This document shows, piece after piece, positions 43,195-51,753 of a DNA stretch of 64,000 nucleotides (position 1 is its first letter; every line of letters begins with the position of its first letter). Origin of the DNA: Hyphomicrobiales bacterium (GTDB taxonomy: Bacteria; Pseudomonadota; Alphaproteobacteria; Rhizobiales; JANPGK01). The notes under the pieces were generated by a model. It searched no databases. It was not told the DNA's origin and worked only from the letters and a program-made list of their open reading frames with translations. Made by a program: the position numbers and the translations under genes. The stretch spans positions 278-64,277 of the forward strand of contig JANPGK010000008.1 of assembly GCA_031423895.1 (NCBI GenBank), in the 5' to 3' direction.

Positions 43195-43611
43195 TTATTT
43201 AGCGATTCTTGCTAAGCCTTCATAAAAATCATATTTTGATTCATGCTTTTCAGCATGATCTAAATAAAATTGTGGGGATAATGGCGTGTGTTTATAATTG
43301 CCTTTATCGGCTTTAGCGCGCTCTGCCATTGTAAGATCAAATGCAACATTTTTATCGGCTGTATCCATTTTCTTGGCAGCATATGCGGCCAGTTCTACCG
43401 TAGTTACAACGCCGTCCCCTTTTTTCAAAAAGCCAGGTTTATCAGCGCTCTTTAATATAGACTTCATTTGTTTGAATTGTGCATCAGACAAAGTGCCTGA
43501 TAAATCCCCATCTAAATTATCAAAGTAACGTGAAACACGACTTTGAAAGTCATTGCCGTCAGTATTGTAAGTTTTAGAGAGTGTGCTTAATGTAATAGGG
43601 TCGTTACTCAT
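43195..43611 (-). CDS. hypothetical protein, AT-rich orphan with two weak EF-hand-like loops
   Basis: 138 aa. DNLDGDLSGTLSDAQF and KKGDGVVTTVELAAY resemble, but do not fully match, EF-hand Ca-binding loops. Confidence 0.4.
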   Translation of the reverse strand: MSNDPITLSTLSKTYNTDGNDFQSRVSRYFDNLDGDLSGTLSDAQFKQMKSILKSADKPGFLKKGDGVVTTVELAAYAAKKMDTADKNVAFDLTMAERAKADKGNYKHTPLSPQFYLDHAEKHESKYDFYEGLARIAK

Positions 43612-43815
43612 AATTATACTCCATAATATAAAGGCACTGCGTATAATCAGTGTTGCACGGTGTATTTATAGCTGTCAATTGAGCAGACACCATAGATTTC
43701 CATTGCATATGTCGTGATAAAATTTTTTAACCACATGATATTAAACATTATTTTTTTATAATAGATAAAATTTAATATTGCATATTGAGTATAGATCCTA
43801 TGCACCGTGCACTCT

Positions 43816-45462
43816 TTACCGTTTTGCCACCAATTTTAGCACCCCAAATAAAATGGGTAAACAGCATGCGATCAACACAAGTGCAGCAGGTGCGGCTTCT
43901 TCATAGGCTTCACGGTGGGTGGCGGCATAAATCAGCGTGGGCAGGGTTTCAAATCCCGCAGGGTGCAACAATAATGTGGCGGGCAGCTCTTTGATGCTAT
44001 CGATGCCCACCATAAGCCCGGCGCTCAAAACTGCGGGCATCAGCAATGGCAAACGAATGGTGCGCAGGGCGTGCGCAGGGCTTGCTCCCAATGTGTAGGC
44101 GGCCTGCTCCAAAGTGGGGGAAAGTGCGGCAATTCCTGCTTCAATCGGAGCCTGCGCCACCGATATAAACCGAATCCATAATGCGATCATCACCAGTATA
44201 GGGCTACTCACCAACAACGCGCGCACCACAGCGTCTCCATAGGTGGGGAACAGCCATTCCCAGCTGTTGCGGAGCATTGGCAAGCACAACAATAATCCAA
44301 GGCCGATCAGCGTGCCTGGCACGCCATATCCCGATGTGGCTGTGCGCAATAGCGCGCTCATGACGCGAGAGGGCGCGTGGCGCCGCATACCCAGCAGAAT
44401 AAACGCACTTACGCAACACAGCACCGCTACACCACACCCAAGCCCAATGCTATGCAGTGTTGCTAACGCGGTGAATGCAGGCAGAGATTGCCCCCATGAA
44501 GCGCGCAAAAATACAAACAGCGGCACAAAAAATACCACTAAAAACGGCACAAGGCACGGGATGATAAACAGGTAATGCGTGAATGTGTGGAGTTTTAGCG
44601 TAAGCGGTTTGGCGTTAATATTGGCATCTATGGTGAACGAAAGCGCCTTGCGGGCCTTGCGTTCTGCCGCAAGCAACCCGAAAGCTAACACCAGCACGAT
44701 CAGTGAAATTTGCGCGGCAGTGCCCAATTGCCCCTGTGCAGCCCACATATGGAATGCGCTTGTGGTAAGTGTGGTGACGCCGAGAAAACTCACCGTGCCC
44801 ACATCATTAAGCACCTCCATGCCGATCAACGCGCAGCCACCTACACAGGCAGGGCGCAGCAGCGGCAGCAACACATCTCGGGCAATTTTAGGGGTGGAAA
44901 TGCCCATAGTATAGGCGGCATTGATGCAGGATAAATCCACACGCTGCAAATATGTGGTGCAGGTGAGAAACACATAGGGGCTGAGCGACAAACCGAACAT
45001 GCACCCAGCGCCAAATGGGCTGGCCAGCAGTGCCCGCAGCGTTTGCGCGCCCCAAATATTGGCGTTTTGGTCGAGTAGCATCATCAGTCCAAGGCTGGAA
45101 ATATAGGTGGGCATGGCCAGCGGCAATACACATAAAAACACCAAGGTACAGCGCATGGGGATGTGGCAAAATTGCAAGGCAATGGCACTGCCTGCGCCAT
45201 ATAATAGCCCTGTGATGCTGGCAAACAGAAGAATTATGAAGGTATTCATGCTAGCATTTGGCAGGGTATAGGCCAGCAGATCGCGCCAGGTGGAGCTGTT
45301 AAAATTGCGCAGCGCTTCAATGATCAGTGCCAACATAGGGGCGCACACCAGTGCGCAAATAAGCAGGCCAAAGCCAAAGTTTTTTAAATGTGATGAATGA
45401 AAAACTGCACCCCAGCGACTCAATGCCCAATTGTGGGTATGATGGGGTGCAGCATGTTTCAT
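43816..45462 (-). CDS. iron(III) ABC transporter permease (two-domain FbpB/AfuB type)
   Basis: 548 aa with about 12 TM segments and duplicated permease domains. It overlaps the upstream binding-protein gene (ATGA-type junction at 45462). Confidence 0.8.
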   Translation of the reverse strand: MKHAAPHHTHNWALSRWGAVFHSSHLKNFGFGLLICALVCAPMLALIIEALRNFNSSTWRDLLAYTLPNASMNTFIILLFASITGLLYGAGSAIALQFCHIPMRCTLVFLCVLPLAMPTYISSLGLMMLLDQNANIWGAQTLRALLASPFGAGCMFGLSLSPYVFLTCTTYLQRVDLSCINAAYTMGISTPKIARDVLLPLLRPACVGGCALIGMEVLNDVGTVSFLGVTTLTTSAFHMWAAQGQLGTAAQISLIVLVLAFGLLAAERKARKALSFTIDANINAKPLTLKLHTFTHYLFIIPCLVPFLVVFFVPLFVFLRASWGQSLPAFTALATLHSIGLGCGVAVLCCVSAFILLGMRRHAPSRVMSALLRTATSGYGVPGTLIGLGLLLCLPMLRNSWEWLFPTYGDAVVRALLVSSPILVMIALWIRFISVAQAPIEAGIAALSPTLEQAAYTLGASPAHALRTIRLPLLMPAVLSAGLMVGIDSIKELPATLLLHPAGFETLPTLIYAATHREAYEEAAPAALVLIACCLPILFGVLKLVAKR

Positions 45463-46502
45463 TATTGATCAAACCCAACTTTTTCCACTAATTTTGCTGC
45501 TTCAATAATATGAGCAGAAATTTTGGTGATCGGCAGTGGGTCTGCTTTCAGTACGCCCAATTGCGCGATCACAGGGTTCACTGGCACATCGGCACGAATG
45601 GGGTATTCATACACGCTGTCGGCATAAAGCTTTTGTGCGGCAGGGCTCACCAGAAATTGCATAAACGCCTTGGCATGTACAAGATTTGGTGCGTTTTTGG
45701 CAATCGCTGCACCTGAAATATTCACATGTGTGCCACGGTCTTGCGCATTGGGCATAATCACTTTGATCGCATTGGCCCATTCTTGCTGCACAACATCCTT
45801 GGTGTTGGTTTGCATCAGCGCTACATAATAGCTGTTACCCAGTGCAATATCGCACACGCCATTCATAATCGCTTGGGCTTGTTCACGATCCCCACCCGAT
45901 GGTTTGCGGGCTAAATTGGCTTTCACACCTGCCAGCCAAGTTTCAGTCGCGGCCAGCCCAGTATTGGCGATCATCGAGGAGATCAGGCTTAAATTATAAG
46001 GGTGCAGGCCAGAGCGCACGCAAATTTTACCTTTAAATTCAGGGTTGGCCAAATCTTCATAGCGCAAATTTTCTGCGCTCACACGGGTTTTGCTCGCATA
46101 TATCAACCGTGCACGGGTCGAAACCGCCATCCATGCCCCATCACCATCACGAAATTGAGCAGGCACTACTTTTGTAATTTCAGGGTCGTTAAAATTTTGC
46201 GTAATGCCAATTGTTTTGGCTTTCACAAGTTTTGCTACATCCACAGTCAAGATCACATCGGCAGGGCTTGCAGTACCTTCAAGCTGAATGCGTTCTTCCA
46301 AACCATCCTTGGCAAAAATATGGTTGACGGCAATGCCTGTTTTGGCTTTGAAGGCCTCATACAGCGGCGCCATTAGCACAGGGTCGCGATAGGAATAGAC
46401 CGTGAGGGTTTTTTCCTGTGCATTAGTGTGAGGTATTAAAAATAGGGATATACAGATTGCGCTTATTAAGCTGCAAACGCGCGCAGCTATCGTGTGTTTC
46501 AT
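45462..46502 (-). CDS. Fe(3+) ABC transporter periplasmic substrate-binding protein (FbpA/AfuA type)
   Basis: Signal peptide MKHTIAARVCSLISAICISLFLIPHTNA followed by TLTVYSYRDPVLMAPLYEAFKAKTGIAVN...ADVILTVD. The start was moved to 46502. Confidence 0.8.
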   Translation of the reverse strand: MKHTIAARVCSLISAICISLFLIPHTNAQEKTLTVYSYRDPVLMAPLYEAFKAKTGIAVNHIFAKDGLEERIQLEGTASPADVILTVDVAKLVKAKTIGITQNFNDPEITKVVPAQFRDGDGAWMAVSTRARLIYASKTRVSAENLRYEDLANPEFKGKICVRSGLHPYNLSLISSMIANTGLAATETWLAGVKANLARKPSGGDREQAQAIMNGVCDIALGNSYYVALMQTNTKDVVQQEWANAIKVIMPNAQDRGTHVNISGAAIAKNAPNLVHAKAFMQFLVSPAAQKLYADSVYEYPIRADVPVNPVIAQLGVLKADPLPITKISAHIIEAAKLVEKVGFDQ

Positions 46503-46680
46503 TTTGTTCTCCAACACATTAAGGGTCAAGGCCTTGAGGTCGCATGTTCTCCTTAAACCCATCATAAAATAAGGTCAATCCATGCACATATGGAATTTCT
46601 CTTGCAATGCACAAAAAATTAGCAGATTATAGCCGTATTGAGACGAGACCAATGGCTCGTATGAAGGCATTTTACACCGC

Positions 46681-47082
46681 ATGATCGGCTTTGTAATCAT
46701 CACCCATGGCGATTTGGCGCGCGAATTTCGCAGCGCGCTCGAGCATATTGTTGGCCGCCAGCAGCATTGTGAAACTGTGTGCATTGCAGCAGATGATGAT
46801 ATGGACATGCGCCGCAATGATGTTGCCCAAGCCATCGTGCGTGTAGATTGTGGTAAAGGCGTGATTTTGCTCACCGATATGTTCGGCGGCACCCCCTCTA
46901 ATATTGCCATTCACTTCCTCGATGTTGGCAAAATTGAGGTGATTGCGGGCGTGAACCTGCCATTATTGGTTAAATTAGCGCAAATTCGCAAAACGCACAC
47001 CTTGGCCAACGCCGTGGTGGAGGCGCAAAATGTGGGGCGCAAATATATCCGCGCCGCCAGCGAAGTGCTTGCTGGAAAATAA
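46681..47082 (+). CDS. PTS EIIA component, mannose/fructose type (regulatory PTS of alphaproteobacteria)
   Basis: MIGFVIITHGDLAREFRSALEHIVG...ILLTDMFGGTPSNIAI, 133 aa. Confidence 0.85.
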   Translation: MIGFVIITHGDLAREFRSALEHIVGRQQHCETVCIAADDDMDMRRNDVAQAIVRVDCGKGVILLTDMFGGTPSNIAIHFLDVGKIEVIAGVNLPLLVKLAQIRKTHTLANAVVEAQNVGRKYIRAASEVLAGK

Positions 47083-47163
47083 TTTACAATTAGATATTGT
47101 ATTCTTGAATGTTTCGCAGTTGTATATCAAACGGTATTAAAATTACGTGTTCAGGAGGATAAA

Positions 47164-47673
47164 ATGATCAACCCCACCAAATCAGAGCCGTATCGTTATT
47201 GTTATTGGGGAGATGTCGCACAAAATGCCGATGGCACAATCTCTGAAGAGGGCACAATATTTGATGGTATTAAGGATTTGATCGTGATTGAACCCGCGAC
47301 GGGAAAAATTTATGTTCAAAAAGGGTCTCAAAAACCAGGTGGGAAAATTGACGATATTAATATTGATCCTACGATTGCCTATGAAACCACGTTTGACAAT
47401 ATTGAATATAAAATGCTGCTCGGTAAAACAAGTTTTTACAGTATGATCGATTGGGATGGTGATCAAAAAATGGATTATTGTACATATATGCCAGAAGAGC
47501 ATTTGTTTTTAACGAAATTATCGGATGCCAATTCTAAATTACCTAAGATTTATGAATTTGAGAACGAAGGTGACTCTAAAGAATTAAATGTGAATGATGA
47601 TGCTGAATGGGATATTGTGTTTCGGCGCGGCACAAGTTTATTAACGCTTATAAAGCATTATCATACGCAATAA
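47164..47673 (+). CDS. hypothetical protein, AT-rich orphan inserted between the EIIA(Man) and HPr genes
   Basis: 169 aa with RBS CAGGAGGATAAAATG. No recognised domain and no TM segment. Its stop is 20 nt before the HPr start. Confidence 0.5.
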   Translation: MINPTKSEPYRYCYWGDVAQNADGTISEEGTIFDGIKDLIVIEPATGKIYVQKGSQKPGGKIDDINIDPTIAYETTFDNIEYKMLLGKTSFYSMIDWDGDQKMDYCTYMPEEHLFLTKLSDANSKLPKIYEFENEGDSKELNVNDDAEWDIVFRRGTSLLTLIKHYHTQ

Positions 47674-47693
47674 GTGACAGAAAGCACCAGTTA

Positions 47694-47987
47694 ATGGCCG
47701 AAATTCCTGTAGATGCGCTCACCACAACGCTCCATATTAAAAATGAGCGGGGGCTGCACGCCCGCGCCTCGGCCAAATTTGTGCGCTGTGTGGAGCAGTT
47801 CCCTGAAGCAATAGTGTATGTCACCCGCGCGGGCGAAACCGTTGGTGGCCGCTCTATCATGGGGTTGATGTTGCTGGCCGCAGGCGTTGGCACTACCATT
47901 GAGGTGGCCACCCATGGCGAACAAGCGCAAGAAGCGCTCGAGGCCATCACTGCACTGGTGGATGATTTGTTTGGTGAGGGGGAGTGA
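47694..47987 (+). CDS. ptsH: HPr-family phosphocarrier protein
   Basis: LHIKNERGLHARASAKFV (active-site His) and GGRSIMGLMLLAAGVGT (Ser46 region). 97 aa after moving the start to MAEIP. Confidence 0.9.
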   Translation: MAEIPVDALTTTLHIKNERGLHARASAKFVRCVEQFPEAIVYVTRAGETVGGRSIMGLMLLAAGVGTTIEVATHGEQAQEALEAITALVDDLFGEGE

Positions 47988-48108
47988 GAAGCGGCGGCGA
48001 AGCCGACAAAACGATTCAGCCTGTCAAACGTAGCCTTGGCGTAGGCGGATGAATCATTTTGAGCTTCGAATGCCATGAGCTATGCGAATGGCAGGCGCAT
48101 TAAGTACC

Positions 48109-48540
48109 CTACGACACCTTGCCTACATCAGTAGATTTGTTAAACAGGCTGATACCCGCTAGCCCCACCACCAACAGGCTGACAGTTTTGATCAAGCCAG
48201 CACCTTTGCGCATAGCTTGAAAAAAGGCATTGGGAAGTTTTCTAAATAATTGCGCGGCTTCATTAGTGGGGTTGTTTTCTTTTATAGTCTCAGCCATCAA
48301 AATGGAAGTACTTTTCTCTGCATCGTTCATAATACCAAGAAATATAACCGTGTCCGAGCCCATAGCTGTGACTAGAGGTTTAATGTTTTTACCTTCATCA
48401 AGGCCTTTGCTCTTCATGTGGCTCAGCGCCGCAACTGGATTCTCAGAGTTTTCATTGAAATGAAGCACCCCCATATCAAAAAAATGCTGCATAAAATCAT
48501 TATACATTTTGCTTGTAGCAGCCTTAATTAAATCAGACAT
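48109..48540 (-). CDS. small C-terminally TM-anchored hypothetical protein (singleton)
   Basis: 143 aa, AT-rich. It ends GLIKTVSLLVVGLAGISLFNKSTDVGKVS, the same architecture as the 35741/36413 and 58601/59134 products. Confidence 0.5.
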   Translation of the reverse strand: MSDLIKAATSKMYNDFMQHFFDMGVLHFNENSENPVAALSHMKSKGLDEGKNIKPLVTAMGSDTVIFLGIMNDAEKSTSILMAETIKENNPTNEAAQLFRKLPNAFFQAMRKGAGLIKTVSLLVVGLAGISLFNKSTDVGKVS

Positions 48541-48611
48541 TGTTACAACTCCTAAATAATTGACTAAGTACCCGTAATCATATAAGTTCTGTTCGACGGA
48601 GTCAATAAAAA

Positions 48612-49202
48612 ATGCGCACAGCCACTATCAGCCGCACCACCAATGAAACGGCCTGTTCTGCTACAGTGAATGTGGACGGCACGGGCGCGTTTGAAATTGC
48701 CACAGGCGTAGGCTTTTTCGACCACATGCTCGAGCAGCTTTCCAAACACTCTCTCATCGACATGACCATCACCTGTAAAGGGGACCAGCACATCGATGAT
48801 CACCATTCGGTGGAAGATGTAGGCATCACATTGGGCCAAGCCGTGCGCAAAGCCATTGGCGATGCAAAGGGCATTTCGCGCTATGCCAATGCAGTGGTGG
48901 TGATGGACGAAACCATGGCGCGCGCCGCGGTGGATGTGTCTGGCCGCCCGTTTTTGGTGTTTAACGCCGCCTTTTCTGCCCCCAAAATTGGTACATTCGA
49001 TGTGGAGCTGGTGCGCGAGTTTTTCCAAGCCTTCGCCATGAATGCGGGCATCACGCTGCATGTGCAGGTGGAATATGGCCTCAATAATCACCACATGGCC
49101 GAGGCATTTTTCAAAGCCACAGCCCGCGCCTTGCGCACCGCATTAGAAATAGACCCCCGTGCCGCACATGCCATGCCTAGCACGAAGGGAAGTTTGTTAT
49201 AA
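48612..49202 (+). CDS. hisB: imidazoleglycerol-phosphate dehydratase
   Basis: [18 protein letters not shown]...[20 protein letters not shown]...[14 protein letters not shown]...[12 protein letters not shown]. Confidence 0.95.
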   Translation: MRTATISRTTNETACSATVNVDGTGAFEIATGVGFFDHMLEQLSKHSLIDMTITCKGDQHIDDHHSVEDVGITLGQAVRKAIGDAKGISRYANAVVVMDETMARAAVDVSGRPFLVFNAAFSAPKIGTFDVELVREFFQAFAMNAGITLHVQVEYGLNNHHMAEAFFKATARALRTALEIDPRAAHAMPSTKGSLL

Positions 49203-49209
49203 GACTCAC

Positions 49210-49327
49210 TTCCCCTCTCCCTTGACGGGAGAGGGTACCACGCAGTGGGGGATGAGGGTGAATATACAGGCCAATTTTCACCCTCATCCGTCGCTGCGCG
49301 CCACCTTCTCCCGTCAAGGGAGAAGGG
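49210..49327. repeat. triple-hairpin MITE/REP-like element, family B copy 2, between hisB and the DUF2628 gene
   Basis: Contains CCCCTCTCCCTTGACGGGAGAGGG, a perfect 13-bp middle hairpin GGATGAGGGTGAA...TTCACCCTCATCC, and CCTTCTCCCGTCAAGGGAGAAGG. Confidence 0.85.
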
Positions 49328-49346
49328 TAAGCATCAAGGAACTCAC

Positions 49347-49736
49347 ATGAAATCATACGCTGTATACACCCCGCCAACTGCCAACCTCACACCCACGCAA
49401 GTGGCGGAGAAAACCATATTCATTCCACAAGGATTTTGCTGGCCAGCGTTTTTATTCTCGGGGCTTTGGCTGCTCTATCGCAAGCAATGGCTGGCATTCG
49501 TGGCTTATGTTGCGGTGGTGGTATTATTCGCGTTTATGGGGCAATTCATGGGGTTAACCGAGGGCGCGCAAAGCATACTCTCGCTGCTGCTCAACCTATT
49601 ATTGGGGTTTGAGGGCCGCACATTGCAGGCACTCGACCTCGAACGCCGAGGCTATACGCGGATCGATACTGTGTTTGCGCCTCAGCACACCATGGCCGAA
49701 TATCGATTTTTCTCGAAGCAGGAATTTGCCCAATGA
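49347..49736 (+). CDS. DUF2628 membrane protein (conserved his-operon passenger in alphaproteobacteria)
   Basis: FCWPAFLFSGLWLLYRKQWLAFVAYVAV. The start was moved to MKSYAVY, because the upstream codons of the track ORF lie in the repeat element. Confidence 0.75.
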   Translation: MKSYAVYTPPTANLTPTQVAEKTIFIPQGFCWPAFLFSGLWLLYRKQWLAFVAYVAVVVLFAFMGQFMGLTEGAQSILSLLLNLLLGFEGRTLQALDLERRGYTRIDTVFAPQHTMAEYRFFSKQEFAQ

Positions 49737-50377
49737 AGCTTGTGTTGGTGGATTATGGCGCGGGCAATATTCGCTCTGCCCAGCGTGCGTTGCATGTGGT
49801 GGGCGCCGATATTGCTAATTTTGAAGTAGTGGTATCCCATAAGCCCGAGGATATTCTATCGGCCGACCGCATTGTGATGCCCGGTGATGGCGCCTACCCA
49901 GATTGCCGCGATGCGCTGGCGCATTCGGGAGCCGAGGCTGCGCTACAAGAGGCTGTCACCCAGCGCGGCGTGCCATTTTTAGGCATTTGTGTGGGCATGC
50001 AATTGCTTTCTACCATTGGGCTGGAGCATCGCCCTACCGCTGGCCTCAACTGGATTGGTGGCACGGTGAAACATCTTGAATTGCCAGACCCAACCCTCAA
50101 AATTCCGCATATGGGCTGGAACACACTTGAACAGCACCGCCCGCATCCGCTATTGGATGGAATCCCCCTAGGCCAGAATGGCCTGCATGCGTTTTTTTTG
50201 CATAGCTTTCATTTTATGGCTGATGAGACCCAAAATGTGATTGCCACCACCCACTATGGCATGCCAATAACAGCCATTGTTGCCAAGGATAATATCGCTG
50301 GCGTACAATTTCACCCCGAAAAAAGTCAAAAACTAGGGCTCACCCTATTGCACAATTTTATAGGCTGGACACCATGA
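49733..50377 (+). CDS. hisH: imidazole glycerol phosphate synthase, glutamine amidotransferase subunit
   Basis: [17 protein letters not shown]...[12 protein letters not shown]...[10 protein letters not shown]. Confidence 0.95.
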   Translation: MKLVLVDYGAGNIRSAQRALHVVGADIANFEVVVSHKPEDILSADRIVMPGDGAYPDCRDALAHSGAEAALQEAVTQRGVPFLGICVGMQLLSTIGLEHRPTAGLNWIGGTVKHLELPDPTLKIPHMGWNTLEQHRPHPLLDGIPLGQNGLHAFFLHSFHFMADETQNVIATTHYGMPITAIVAKDNIAGVQFHPEKSQKLGLTLLHNFIGWTP

Positions 50378-51111
50378 TTTTATACCCCGCGATCGACCTG
50401 AAAGACGGCTTGTGCGTGCGCCTGAAGCAGGGCGAAATGAGCAGCGCCACCGTGTATAACGAGCGACCATCGAACCAGGCGGCCGATTTCGATGCCATGG
50501 GGTTTGAATGGATTCATATTGTAGACCTCAACGGCGCATTTGCAGGGGTCACCATCAACGGCATTGCCATTCAAAGCATTTTGGCCAATACCAAGCTGAA
50601 AATTCAGCTGGGCGGCGGCATTCGCACCATCAAAGCGGTGGAAGATTGGGTAAATCGCGGTGTTTCCCGCGTGATATTGGGCACGGCTGCTGTGCGTACA
50701 CCCGAATTTGTGCGTGAAGCTGCCAAAGCCTTCCCGGGGAAAATCGCCATTGGGCTGGATACGCGCGAAGGCAAAGTGGCCATTTCAGGCTGGGCCGAAA
50801 TGACCGACATGAGCTATATTGAGCTGGCCAAGCATTATGAAGATTGCGGCATTGCGGCCATTATCCACACCGATATTGCGCGCGATGGCCTGCTGGGCGG
50901 CCTGAATTTAACCGAAACAAAAGCGCTGGCTGAAGCCGTTTCCATCCCTGTGATTGCCTCAGGCGGGCTTGGCTCTATGGATGACATTGAGCGCCTGTGC
51001 GCCACCGAAATGGCGATTTTGAACGGCGCCATCGCAGGCCGCGCCATATATGACGGCCGCCTCAACCCTGTGGAAGCACTGGCACGGCTCAAGGCGCGGG
51101 CGGAGCAATAA
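50374..51111 (+). CDS. hisA: ProFAR isomerase (1-(5-phosphoribosyl)-5-[(5-phosphoribosylamino)methylideneamino]imidazole-4-carboxamide isomerase)
   Basis: [22 protein letters not shown]...HIVDLNGA...QLGGGIRT...[10 protein letters not shown]...[11 protein letters not shown]. Confidence 0.95.
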   Translation: MILYPAIDLKDGLCVRLKQGEMSSATVYNERPSNQAADFDAMGFEWIHIVDLNGAFAGVTINGIAIQSILANTKLKIQLGGGIRTIKAVEDWVNRGVSRVILGTAAVRTPEFVREAAKAFPGKIAIGLDTREGKVAISGWAEMTDMSYIELAKHYEDCGIAAIIHTDIARDGLLGGLNLTETKALAEAVSIPVIASGGLGSMDDIERLCATEMAILNGAIAGRAIYDGRLNPVEALARLKARAEQ

Positions 51112-51158
51112 AGGTAATAACTTTTATTGACGTCGTTCCAAACATGTGGTAGGTTGGC

Positions 51159-51449
51159 ATGGATGTTGAGTTTGACCCAAGTAAGGACGAAGCCAATATC
51201 ACCAAGCATGGCGTGAGTTTAGCGGCAGCAAAATTGTTTGATTGGTCCACGGCTATGATTGTGCTTGACCAACGGGTTGATTATGGTGAGGCACGTTTTA
51301 GCGCAATCGGCATGATCGGCAAACGTGAGTATGTTGTCATTTTTACTTATCGGGTGGAGAAAATTCGCGCAATATCTGTGCGAAAGGCCAATGAAAAAGA
51401 GAGAAGACGCTATGAGCAAAATTTATCGCGGCACCGTCGAGGAAGATAA
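51159..51449 (+). CDS. brnT: BrnT-family (DUF497) type II toxin
   Basis: VEFDPSKDEANITKHGVSLAAAKLF...EARFSAIGMIGKREYVVIFTYRVEKIRAISVRKANEKERRRY. Confidence 0.8.
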   Translation: MDVEFDPSKDEANITKHGVSLAAAKLFDWSTAMIVLDQRVDYGEARFSAIGMIGKREYVVIFTYRVEKIRAISVRKANEKERRRYEQNLSRHRRGR

Positions 51450-51693
51450 TATTGAAGAGCTGCCAGAAGAATTTTTTAAAAATGCCGTCTATGGCTGGGA
51501 TGGCCTCGCCTCATTGATCGGTGCCGATGTCGTGGCGGAGATGCGCAAGGCGGGGCGGCCGAAAGTGGCGGCACCTAAGCAATTGCAAAGTTTCAAACTC
51601 TCACAAGACGTGATTTCTGCCATCAAGCAATCAGGCAAAGGCTATAATGCGCGTGTTGAAAAAGTACTCCGCGCGGCATTTTTGGGAGAGTGA
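51412..51693 (+). CDS. brnA: BrnA-family antitoxin
   Basis: The start overlaps the brnT 3' end. GRPKVAAPKQLQSFKLSQDVISAIKQSGKGYNARVEKVLRAAFL matches the BrnA C-terminal ribbon-helix-helix pattern. Confidence 0.7.
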   Translation: MSKIYRGTVEEDNIEELPEEFFKNAVYGWDGLASLIGADVVAEMRKAGRPKVAAPKQLQSFKLSQDVISAIKQSGKGYNARVEKVLRAAFLGE

Positions 51694-51753
51694 TTGCGCA
51701 CTTTACTCTTAGAAAACGTGAAGGCGCAAGCAGAATAACCCGCGCCCCCCAGT

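Noticed and set aside
49159-49377. Two mutually overlapping 63-66-aa ORFs (plus and minus) between hisB and the DUF2628 gene
   Set aside because: Both are read-throughs of the palindromic family B element (peptides such as SPLTGEG / LSRQGRG). Because the element is a palindrome, both strands stay open.
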